Shown here piece after piece: positions 49,674 to 57,984 of a stretch of DNA of 64,000 bases (position 1 is its first letter; every line of letters starts with the position of its first letter). Where the stretch lies: positions 2,758 through 66,757 of the forward strand of contig CAIVRE010000020.1 in NCBI GenBank assembly GCA_903908245.1, read 5' to 3'. The DNA is from Candidatus Omnitrophota bacterium. Its GTDB lineage: Bacteria; Omnitrophota; Gorgyraeia; Zapsychrales; Fredricksoniimonadaceae. Under the pieces are notes generated by a model, which was given only the letters and a program-made list of their open reading frames with translations, was not told the origin of the DNA and did no database searches. The translations under genes were made by a program, and so were the position numbers.

Positions 49674-51256
49674 TTTGTTCCCTCTTCATAGCACATCTTC
49701 CAGGGCTCATTGAGCTCGAACTTCACGATCTCACGGTCCTGTATTTTGATCTCTTTGAATATGATCCTCATGAAAGTTTTCATGAGAAAACTTCTTCCCT
49801 CATCGTCCGCAGGCTCGGCGCGGAGCCTTAAAAGGAAGTCCTGGACGGCCCTCACGATGTTCATCGAATTGCGCCTGTCGATGATCTTGATCTGCACGTC
49901 CCGAATGTCCTGCTTGAGCCTCTTCTCTTCCTGACGTAAAGCATCAGCCTTGTCCTTGTAAAGTTCAAGGTTGATCTTATCCTCGGAGAAAAGCTCGTAT
50001 AAACCCTTCTGCTTGTCGATGTTCTTTTTAAGCAGATCCTCTTTCTCGGTCAACTGGTCCACATAGACCTTCTCAGGCTCGGAAGCGTTCAACTTAATAG
50101 CGTCCGTCAAGCCCTCAAGAACATGAACATTCTTCCGAATAACATCAATAATGTCCCAAGCCTGCTTTTCGATCTCGTCAGCAGTCACGGACTTATTGTT
50201 ACAGTTTATATGCTTTATCCCTACCGAAGAGCAGCGATACCAGGCACGCTTCTTCCCGATCCGGCGGTTTGAGATGACCATGACCCCGCGATAATTCCCT
50301 CCGCACTCATTGCACTTGAGAATGCCGGAAAGATGATAAATGCTGTTCCGAAACTTAACCACGGCATTGGTCCGGTTTCTGCTAAGAAGCACCTGGACCT
50401 CATCATACTCTTTTTGCGTAATGATCGGCTCGTGGGTGTTCTGGACCTCGATGACCTGGGTCGGGGCATTATTCACATACTTATAACCCTTGCCGAAGCC
50501 GTTCTTCGTCTTCTCTTTGGTGTTATAACGACGACGATTCCAGACAAGACTGCCAAGGTAAACCTTGCTCCGCAGTATGGTCGAAAGGAATTTGTTATAA
50601 AACCGGCCGCCCATCCGTGAAGGAACGCCGAGCGCGTAATAATGCGCGCATATCTGAGGCGTACTCTTACCGCTTAAATACATTGCGAAGATATCTTTGA
50701 CGATCTTTGCCTCTTCAGCGTGGACTTCGAGTTTCTTGGTCTCTTTATTGTAGCGGTAGCCATAAGGCGCATACCGCGCACCCTGCCAACGGCCTTTCTT
50801 GACACCCACGACCATGCCCGGGAACACACGCTCAACAAGCCGGTTGCGCTCGAACTCCGCGCAACTGCCGAGCATCTGGATCGCCATCTTGCCCGCGCTT
50901 GAGGTCGTGTCAAATGGCTCCGTGGCTGACTTATAGCCCACGCCAAGGTTTTCAAACTCTTCAAGCATCCCCAAAAGGTCCTTGAGGCGACGGCTCAAAC
51001 GATCCTGCTTATACACAAGGATCAGATCAAATTGCTTATTTCGCGCGTCCAGAAAAAGCCTCTGCAAGGCCGGCCTGTCCATGTTGCCGCCGGAAAAGCC
51101 GTCATCCATGTAAACATCCCTGTTAGGGATACTGCAAAAGACCTCCCAGCCGAAATTCTTCGCGTACTGCAAAAGAAAGTTCCGTTGAACCTCCAGGGAA
51201 TAACCCTCCCTGGCCTGGTCCTCCGTACTGACCCTTGTATATAACGCGACTCTCAT
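49583..51256 (-). CDS. Large serine recombinase (integrase).
   Basis: N-terminal resolvase domain ALYTRVSTEDQ...GYSL (catalytic Ser). This is followed by a recombinase domain and a CxxC zinc ribbon plus coiled coil. 557 aa. Confidence 0.85.
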   Translation of the reverse strand: MRVALYTRVSTEDQAREGYSLEVQRNFLLQYAKNFGWEVFCSIPNRDVYMDDGFSGGNMDRPALQRLFLDARNKQFDLILVYKQDRLSRRLKDLLGMLEEFENLGVGYKSATEPFDTTSSAGKMAIQMLGSCAEFERNRLVERVFPGMVVGVKKGRWQGARYAPYGYRYNKETKKLEVHAEEAKIVKDIFAMYLSGKSTPQICAHYYALGVPSRMGGRFYNKFLSTILRSKVYLGSLVWNRRRYNTKEKTKNGFGKGYKYVNNAPTQVIEVQNTHEPIITQKEYDEVQVLLSRNRTNAVVKFRNSIYHLSGILKCNECGGNYRGVMVISNRRIGKKRAWYRCSSVGIKHINCNNKSVTADEIEKQAWDIIDVIRKNVHVLEGLTDAIKLNASEPEKVYVDQLTEKEDLLKKNIDKQKGLYELFSEDKINLELYKDKADALRQEEKRLKQDIRDVQIKIIDRRNSMNIVRAVQDFLLRLRAEPADDEGRSFLMKTFMRIIFKEIKIQDREIVKFELNEPWKMCYEEGTKWMQMREIEKTPTETESENSVCFWLRTDVK

Positions 51257-51258
51257 CT

Positions 51259-51462
51259 TTATCCTTTAAGCGTACTGCGCCACGCCTTGATCTTCCTGAT
51301 ACATTCGGGTGTGAAGACCGGCCAATCGCGATAATCGCGCTTTGGCTTGATCCATCCCCGGCGCACCCAGTGGATCATTGTCTGCCGGTGAACGCCCAGC
51401 AACTTTGCTGTTTCAGTCATGGTGTAAGTTTTCATGGAAGCCCCTCGTTTAACAGCCTCCAA
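51259..51462 (-). CDS. HTH excisionase/AlpA-like DNA-binding protein, a candidate recombination directionality factor.
   Basis: TMTETAKLLGVHRQTMIHWVRRGWI helix-turn-helix. It lies immediately upstream of the recombinase. Confidence 0.6.
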   Translation of the reverse strand: MEAVKRGASMKTYTMTETAKLLGVHRQTMIHWVRRGWIKPKRDYRDWPVFTPECIRKIKAWRSTLKG

Positions 51463-51499
51463 TATATCGCGTCATACAGCGTTATACAACCACTTTCTT

Positions 51500-51700
51500 T
51501 CACTTTTCCTTCTCCGCCGGAAAAGACATTTTGAACATCCCGGCAAGAGCCGCCATACCCGCGTGAAAAGACCTCCTGGCCTGCTCAATCTCAACAGCAG
51601 ACAGACCCCGGGCCTTCAGCTTTTCTTCCAAAGCCTCCCAGCCGCGCAAGGGCTTCTCAATTTCGTGTACTTCGGGTATTTTTGCCTTAATCATATTCAA
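51500..51700 (-). CDS. Small hypothetical protein within the element.
   Basis: 66 aa ORF. It is co-oriented with the element genes. Confidence 0.3.
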   Translation of the reverse strand: MNMIKAKIPEVHEIEKPLRGWEALEEKLKARGLSAVEIEQARRSFHAGMAALAGMFKMSFPAEKEK

Positions 51701-52048
51701 AAATGGCTAAAACCTTCGCATTTTACGAACACGAAGTGATGAAAAAAATTTCGTGTCACTGACGACCCGCGGTCGCGCCGACCCGCGCCCGCCGCCCCCC
51801 TGTAAGGACCCGGAAGCACCCCCGGCCCTCACTCTGTGAGGTATGTGAGGGTAAAATCCCTACCCTTTTTTACCTTCACCTTCCACGCCTGTGTTGACCA
51901 CATTCCCGCCCTTCTTTCTCTACTTTTATAGAGAAGAGAAATAGCCTCACACTGCTCACAGCCTGCCCTATCCCTTTGGAGCAGGACGACTTGCCCCTGT
52001 GAGTACGCCTGTGACCAGACGTGAGCATGAACTCCTTTGCTCACGCCT
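51701..52048. promoter_or_regulatory. Non-coding region with repeated CTCAC/GTGAG motifs (TGCTCACAGCC, twice; TGCTCACGCC, twice).
   Basis: About 350 bp with no convincing ORF. Several copies of GCTCAC(A/G)GCC lie in both orientations. Confidence 0.35.
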
Positions 52049-54430
52049 TTAATACGGCCGTTCGCTGAACATATCCGAATCCTCCTCACAAACAGCATCC
52101 TTTCTCACGTCCTGCTCACGCCCATGCTCACAGCCTCCAGGCATCATCTTTCGGATGATGAACAGACGCCTTCCTGTGCCGCCTTCGCGCTTGTCCTGCT
52201 TGATGACATCAACACCCACATTTCGCATGACCGGGGCAATTCGCAGTAATTCCGTGGAAAGCCATTTGGCTGTTTTTGGCAGTCCATGTTCTTCACTGTC
52301 CCGGGGCGTTATCTCATAAAGCAGTTCCGTTGCTGATCCTGCCCAGTGCCCGGCGTGCCTATCCATAAGTGTAAGAAGTTTCTTGGCGAGGGCGCTATCC
52401 TCGGCCGTTTCCTGCCACTTTCGGTCAACAGACTCCTGATACTTGCGGAAGAACTCTTCCCTGGAATACCCCAGCGCCTCGGCCAATGCCGCACCCCACT
52501 GGGCAAAGTCTGACATCCGGAACTTTTCATGACCGGTTACAGACGACACCATGCCCATGGCTCTGGATACTGCCGTAATAAACCCACCGAAAATACCTGG
52601 CAAAGCAGTTTTCCAATCCTCCTCCATTGCCCTCTCAGAGCGTGTGTTCCTGAGGACCGGAATATCAAAGATGATCGCCCGATCCAACAGGTCTGCCCGC
52701 CACATCGAAGATCCAATGCCATTAAGGACAAAACAGCGACGGTATGAACGGATGAATTCATCGTCATTGGTATAAAGACTGCGCTTCATATCGCCTTCAC
52801 CGGTCACACCCCGGCAAAGGAAATCGCTGAACCATTCGATGATCTTGGAGATATTGTCAAAAGTGCTGAGCCAATGCTTCTCGGCAGTCATCTGCGCCTG
52901 TTCAAGGTCTTTGGGTGTTGAGATGAGCATGACGCGTGACGGATCACACAGCGCCTTGATCTTTCGGGAATTGTTCGACTTACCCGAACCCTGCTCCCCG
53001 GTCTGACTGATGATGACATGAGGAAAATTGGGAATAAAGAATGACGCCACAGCCACCATGAAAAGGCAATGGTCTAAAGGACTGACATTGCAGAATCGAA
53101 GAAGATCCCGGGCATTCCCGCCAGCAACTGGAATGACCTGCTCGGCCTGATGCAGATATCTCCGGAAGACCGGAGGCAGTTGGACTACGTTCCATCCATT
53201 CGCTGTTATCTCAACGCCCCGATGGTCAGGCGTGGTGAGGTCGTAATATATCTTTCCATCCGCCCATCCGACCCGATTGAACAGCTCAACCTGCCGGGAT
53301 GCTCCACACCTGGCCTCTATCTGAACACGCGCCTGGGTTAAAGCCTCGGTCTTGGGAGGAAGTCCGTAACGGTTACGGAACCGGATCGCCTTCCAGTTGC
53401 GGAACCTCATGCTTGATGTGGGGCAAACCTCAACATGCTCATCCACCGGCAGGACCACGAACGAACCGGCATGTTGATCCCGGAAAAAGTCTTTAATGTT
53501 CTCTTCGCAGTCCCGGGTGATGATCTCCCCCTGGCTCAGCTTACCCTTACCGGCTGGCCCCGGCGCCCTACCTTCACCATATGCCTCCTGACATCCACTA
53601 ATGGCCTTATCAATGACCGCTTGGCCATAGGTGCGCCCATCCGAGAAATGCTTCTCATCCCATTTAGGACGCATTAGACCCGATGCGCGGAACATCTCAT
53701 CCATAAGCGCCGCGTCCTTGCCTGTCCAGAAAGCCAGTTTCGCGCAAAAGGCCAGGTCAGCCTCAGACTGCGACGGATAATCGCCCTGCCAGTTCCCAGC
53801 CTTCAGCTTGGCAAAAGCTCCAGAATCTTTGCTCTTCTCGATCTTCTCAAGAATATCCTGACGGTGCTTGATCAGCGACTCTTTACGCTCACACTCATCG
53901 TAAAACGCAAGCACCTGTGACGCGCGATCTTCAATAGTTACCGCGTAACCCGGGACCAGGTCGCCGGTGACGGTCCAAAATCTTGTTTTTTGGTAGATCT
54001 CGATATCAAGCGTGCTGAATTTCCGCCCTTTTTCAAGAACGCCTTTGCAAAGAATATGAAGCCCGGTCTTTGATGGTGAAAATTCCGTGTAGCTGTTAAA
54101 GGCCTCGATGATCCTCCTGGCCCACGGCTGAATAACGCCATCAATGACCGAATGATCCAGATCTATCCCTACATAAGGCGGTTCTAGTCCGATCCCAACG
54201 GCATCGATCCCAGGCTTCCCGGCTCTCTTCATTGCCTCATCGAAAGAAGCCCACGTCCCCAGCTTATTGGACATGGCCTTGCCGCCGGTCCTAACATTGA
54301 CAGGCTCTTTCTTTGGTTTCTTGCCTTCCTGGGGAATGAACTTAAAGCCTATCCAGTTCGGCAGGTCTTTCAATTCCTGTGGAATGTTCTCAACGATCCA
54401 TCTCTTCTCTGTTCTTCTCTCGGTAACCAT
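52049..54430 (-). CDS. Primase-helicase, made of a bifunctional Prim-Pol N-terminal domain and a D5/P4-type SF3 helicase. The start is MVTERR.
   Basis: Prim-Pol motifs VGIDLDH and SPSKTGLHILCKG. Walker A GEQGSGKS sits in the middle. Confidence 0.7.
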   Translation of the reverse strand: MVTERRTEKRWIVENIPQELKDLPNWIGFKFIPQEGKKPKKEPVNVRTGGKAMSNKLGTWASFDEAMKRAGKPGIDAVGIGLEPPYVGIDLDHSVIDGVIQPWARRIIEAFNSYTEFSPSKTGLHILCKGVLEKGRKFSTLDIEIYQKTRFWTVTGDLVPGYAVTIEDRASQVLAFYDECERKESLIKHRQDILEKIEKSKDSGAFAKLKAGNWQGDYPSQSEADLAFCAKLAFWTGKDAALMDEMFRASGLMRPKWDEKHFSDGRTYGQAVIDKAISGCQEAYGEGRAPGPAGKGKLSQGEIITRDCEENIKDFFRDQHAGSFVVLPVDEHVEVCPTSSMRFRNWKAIRFRNRYGLPPKTEALTQARVQIEARCGASRQVELFNRVGWADGKIYYDLTTPDHRGVEITANGWNVVQLPPVFRRYLHQAEQVIPVAGGNARDLLRFCNVSPLDHCLFMVAVASFFIPNFPHVIISQTGEQGSGKSNNSRKIKALCDPSRVMLISTPKDLEQAQMTAEKHWLSTFDNISKIIEWFSDFLCRGVTGEGDMKRSLYTNDDEFIRSYRRCFVLNGIGSSMWRADLLDRAIIFDIPVLRNTRSERAMEEDWKTALPGIFGGFITAVSRAMGMVSSVTGHEKFRMSDFAQWGAALAEALGYSREEFFRKYQESVDRKWQETAEDSALAKKLLTLMDRHAGHWAGSATELLYEITPRDSEEHGLPKTAKWLSTELLRIAPVMRNVGVDVIKQDKREGGTGRRLFIIRKMMPGGCEHGREQDVRKDAVCEEDSDMFSERPY

Positions 54431-54432
54431 TT

Positions 54433-54663
54433 TTATACTCCGTTCTGAAAAATGAAATCCTTGACCTTTCGATAGCACTGGAAGAGCCGCTCTTCCTGGG
54501 AATTGTTAAAAAATCGTTCAGCGAGGATTCGAACTTCCCGGGTATCCTCAAAAAGAACCCTCTTCTGCCGGCCAACACCAGCCATACCCTTAATGACGCA
54601 TCCCTTGGACACCAGATACGCCGCCAGATAAATGTTGCCTGCTTCAAAATGTTGATCTTCCAT
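54433..54663 (-). CDS. Small hypothetical protein directly upstream of the primase-helicase.
   Basis: 76 aa. Its stop lies 2 nt before the primase ATG. Confidence 0.4.
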   Translation of the reverse strand: MEDQHFEAGNIYLAAYLVSKGCVIKGMAGVGRQKRVLFEDTREVRILAERFFNNSQEERLFQCYRKVKDFIFQNGV

Positions 54664-54775
54664 ATTTGCCCTTTCTCTTGCCTGAACAGGTCTTCTACCC
54701 TCTCCGTTAGACCTATACAGAGAAAATCTTCAAACTGCCGAAAATATTTTCAAAAATCTTTCAAACACCGTCTAT

Positions 54776-55480
54776 CTCTAGGGCGTACATACAGGAAATT
54801 CTTTGAAAGTGTCGGGATGATCGTAAAAATATTTTGTCTGCCCCCCTAAGGCGTATATAGCGCTAATTTCATAAAAGTGTTACAGGTCATCTTGAGAATT
54901 TTTACTTCTAATGCGTACATACCGCGAAATTCACGAAAGTGTCGGAGGGTTCATCACTTTTCTGACCTATACTCGTACATACCGCCTTTTCCCCGAGAAT
55001 GTCGCGCGAAATCCTAACTTTTCATGCCCCTCTTAGGGATATATCCGAAAAACCTCAAAACTGTGCCCAATTACCTCAAGAATTTTTCCACTCACTAAGA
55101 CATATGCGGAAAAACCCAAAAGTGTTGCATGATTGCTGAAAATAACCTGCTCAAGGGTCTTCATCTTGGATATAGCCCGAGAAAGCCAAAAATGTGTTAG
55201 GGCAATTCAATAATCCCTCACCATTGATATACCGGCAAATTTGACAAACTGTTACACACGAGCAAAGCCTTTTTTGCCTCTCAATGCGTATATATGCGAA
55301 GAATGGCAAAAGTGTATCCATGAATCTGCCGATATTCGCGCAACCCCTAAGGCGGATATATGCGAAACAATGCAAAAACTTGTACGCCATATCAGAAATC
55401 TCTACGGAAAAGCGCGCGAAGCCCCTTACTGCTGATATACCGGAAAATATGAGGAATTGTCGGAGGGTAATCGAGGAAAC
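54776..55480. repeat. Array of about 11 degenerate direct repeats with a ~62-bp period, iteron-like. Each unit has a palindromic GCGTATATACGC-like box followed by a GAAA...AAAGTGT box.
   Basis: Units start near 54781, 54848, 54910, 54972, 55035, 55098, 55168, 55226, 55286, 55349 and 55432. Examples are GGCGTATATAGCGC, TGCGTATATATGCG and GGCGGATATATGCG. Confidence 0.7.
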
Positions 55481-55578
55481 AAAAAAAGCCTGCCTCCGCA
55501 ATTAAGCGAAAGCAGACTTAACAAAAGCACCCAATAATTTATTATGAACGCTTAGAGCAAGCCAACCCTAACCACTCT

Positions 55579-55965
55579 TCACTTTTTACTATCTGACTTC
55601 ACATTCGCCTTAATGCAGGCGAGCAAATCCTCCAAACTCACCGGCTTGGCCAGACAGGGATAGTCATTAACCTTCGTTTTATGGCCGTCGCCTGCTTTAC
55701 GCTTGGCCACAAGGGCTGTTATATACACAATCGGAATGTCCTGGCAAATGGGGCAATCTTTCAACTCGTGTGCGACCTGGCATCCATCCATATCAGGCAT
55801 CATAACATCGAGCAAAATCAGATCAGGACGAAATTCCTTAACAATATCGCAAACACGACTTCCTTTATTCTCGACCCTGACATTATAAAGAGTTTTCAGA
55901 TTCGCCTTCACTCCCCGCGTGAAAGCCTCTTCATCATCAACAACCAGTATTCTTTTCCTGTTCAT
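55579..55965 (-). CDS. Stand-alone response-regulator receiver domain (CheY-like).
   Basis: ILVVDDEE...LILLDVMMPDMDG...K motifs. There is no output domain. Confidence 0.8.
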   Translation of the reverse strand: MNRKRILVVDDEEAFTRGVKANLKTLYNVRVENKGSRVCDIVKEFRPDLILLDVMMPDMDGCQVAHELKDCPICQDIPIVYITALVAKRKAGDGHKTKVNDYPCLAKPVSLEDLLACIKANVKSDSKK

Positions 55966-55978
55966 ACCCGCCCTCCAG

Positions 55979-57727
55979 TTATATCTTAAACCACAACGTT
56001 GCACGAACGCCCCGCCCGTTTGTCTTATTCTCCAACGCGATCCTGCCCTCATGCATCTCCATAATATTTCTTACAATCGATAATCCCAGCCCCGTACCAC
56101 CTACAGCGCGTTTCGTCGTTACGAAAGGAACAAACAAATCCTTAAGAATGCTCTCCGGCATTCCTGAACCATTGTCTTCGATCTGAACCATCACCATTTG
56201 CCGCTTGTCACTTGAGCCTGCCCGAAAAGTCCTGATCTGAAGATCCCCTCCGGATGGCATAGCCTGAATGGCATTCATAAAAAGATTTACAAAAACCTGT
56301 TCAATCTTGTTCCTGTCAATGCTCACTTCAGGAATGTCTTTTCCAAAATTCCTTATCACACGAACATTGCTTTTTTCGCGAGAATGCTTCACCAACGACA
56401 AAGATCTGTCAATCAGCACATGAACATCCTGTGTTTTAATTTCAAGCTCTGAGCTGGCTGAGAAATCCAAAAGCCCCTTGATGATCGTATCCGCACGATT
56501 AATCGCGTTCTCAGCATCCGCCAAACTGGCACTTACGTCCTCATCCTGGGATTTAACATTATTCTTGAGGTAATCCACGCTCATTTGGATCACAGCCAGC
56601 GGATTCTTTACCTCGTGAGCCACCCCGGCAGCTAATTTGCCAATAACCTCCAGTTTCGCCGACTGGATAAGCAATGACTGTGTCGCCCTTAATTCTGCGT
56701 TCTTTCTTTTTTGATCCCGATAAAAGATAAGCGCCGACAAGAACAGTGCGCCGAGAACAAGTCCAGCGAAGCTGATATTGTTTCTGGTGTTCCTTCTGAC
56801 CGGACCAGCGATCGTATTATAATCTATTGCGCTGACCAAAGACCATGTATTCCCTCCAAATGACACCGGCGAGAAAGCCACAATGACTTCCGCTGTCTTA
56901 TATGAATCATCCAAAGAAAACAACTGACATAATCCAGAACCGTCCTCTCCTCTGTGGATCCTCGCCATCAGCGCTTTAAATCGGATTTCCTCAAGAGATA
57001 AGTGCTTGTCCTGAAGGATCGTTAATAAACTCTGACCGAGATAATGATTATCGGGATAACTCAAAAGACGATCTTTCTGATCGAGAAGAAAGAAATGTCG
57101 GCCACCTTTTTCATTGCGACTCACAACGGCCTGCAAGTCTTCCAGGCTAATAACAGCACGCAACAGACCAACAAACTTGTCCTTACTGAATACCGGCTGA
57201 TCAAAAATCAGAACAGGCGTGCCCGAGGCCGTATTGACTATCCCGCTGGCATACACTCGATGATCCGCCGATTCCTTTTGAATATCATTCTCTGAAAAAG
57301 AAGCCTTTCCGACACTACTCCTGGGAGGAACTTCATAAATAATCCTGCCCTTATCATCAACCATGCTTAAAGAAGTCGCCAAGGATTTAACATCTTTATA
57401 GGAATCATCCAAGAAAGGAAACCCGGCTTCTTTTTCCCTGCCGTAACCATAAGAGAAGGCATCCTGGACGACCTTATCCTCGGAAAGAATTTCTAGTTCC
57501 TGCGTCAAATCAGAAATGCGTCGATTTAGCGATCGAGATTCTGAAGATACCGTTTCCAAAAGCTGCCGACGAGCGTTATCAACAATCGTTCTTTCAAAAT
57601 TATTGTGGTCTTGCCAAACAAAATAGCCGACAACGATCACCACAATGATCATGCCCGTGTATGGCAGTATTTTCTTTAGAAAAGTATCCATTGCTTGCCT
57701 TGAAAAGCACTCTCTGTGATTAGACAA
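55979..57727 (-). CDS. Sensor histidine kinase with an N-terminal transmembrane anchor and a periplasmic sensor domain.
   Basis: H-box AAGVAHEVKNPL, with N, G1 and G2 boxes (GGTGLGLSIV). Confidence 0.85.
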   Translation of the reverse strand: MSNHRECFSRQAMDTFLKKILPYTGMIIVVIVVGYFVWQDHNNFERTIVDNARRQLLETVSSESRSLNRRISDLTQELEILSEDKVVQDAFSYGYGREKEAGFPFLDDSYKDVKSLATSLSMVDDKGRIIYEVPPRSSVGKASFSENDIQKESADHRVYASGIVNTASGTPVLIFDQPVFSKDKFVGLLRAVISLEDLQAVVSRNEKGGRHFFLLDQKDRLLSYPDNHYLGQSLLTILQDKHLSLEEIRFKALMARIHRGEDGSGLCQLFSLDDSYKTAEVIVAFSPVSFGGNTWSLVSAIDYNTIAGPVRRNTRNNISFAGLVLGALFLSALIFYRDQKRKNAELRATQSLLIQSAKLEVIGKLAAGVAHEVKNPLAVIQMSVDYLKNNVKSQDEDVSASLADAENAINRADTIIKGLLDFSASSELEIKTQDVHVLIDRSLSLVKHSREKSNVRVIRNFGKDIPEVSIDRNKIEQVFVNLFMNAIQAMPSGGDLQIRTFRAGSSDKRQMVMVQIEDNGSGMPESILKDLFVPFVTTKRAVGGTGLGLSIVRNIMEMHEGRIALENKTNGRGVRATLWFKI

Positions 57728-57801
57728 TCAAACGCTATCAGGAGTTCCCTAATAAAATCGAAAATCCCATCGAAAAAAATCGCATTCGAATCAACTCTTT
57801 A

Positions 57802-57984
57802 CTACTTAATTCCCAGCCTTTGCAATATCCACATCATAGGACACCAATTGGTAAACGCTGACTGAAACAGGTTCAGCCCAATAAAGGCCGTGAACCAGAG
57901 CCACAACGGACTAACATAATGCGCCAACAACAAACTGATCAATAAAAAGACCCCTGCTATACCTCTTAATGTTCTTTCCATCAT
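57802..57984 (-). CDS. DUF2892-family small inner-membrane protein.
   Basis: 60 aa with two transmembrane helices. It overlaps the RND gene 3' end. Confidence 0.5.
   Translation of the reverse strand: MMERTLRGIAGVFLLISLLLAHYVSPLWLWFTAFIGLNLFQSAFTNWCPMMWILQRLGIK

Larger units (their letters stand above)
49583..55560 (-). mobile_element. Small integrated element of about 6 kb. It carries a serine recombinase, an HTH/RDF-like protein, a primase-helicase and an iteron array. The distal boundary is uncertain.
   Basis: Recombinase, excisionase and replication genes are co-oriented. The recombinase 3' end overlaps the miaB start. A repeat array lies at the far end. Confidence 0.5.

Noticed and set aside
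51829-52098. 89-aa basic ORF in the CTCAC-motif region.
   Set aside because: It overlaps the primase 3' end, lacks a clear RBS and has low-complexity composition. It is kept only as a possibility under the CTCAC finding.
54776-55480. Possible CRISPR array.
   Set aside because: The repeat units are degenerate and differ at many positions. Their spacing varies between 58 and 70 bp. No cas genes lie nearby. The unit contains a palindromic protein-binding-like box. It is better explained as iterons or operators.
55151-55501. 116-aa minus-strand ORF and small plus-strand ORFs (55241..55435, 55284..55505) inside the repeat array.
   Set aside because: Their translations simply mirror the DNA repeats (the CFAYIRL and FFAYIRI recurrences). 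They have no RBS context and overlap one another.
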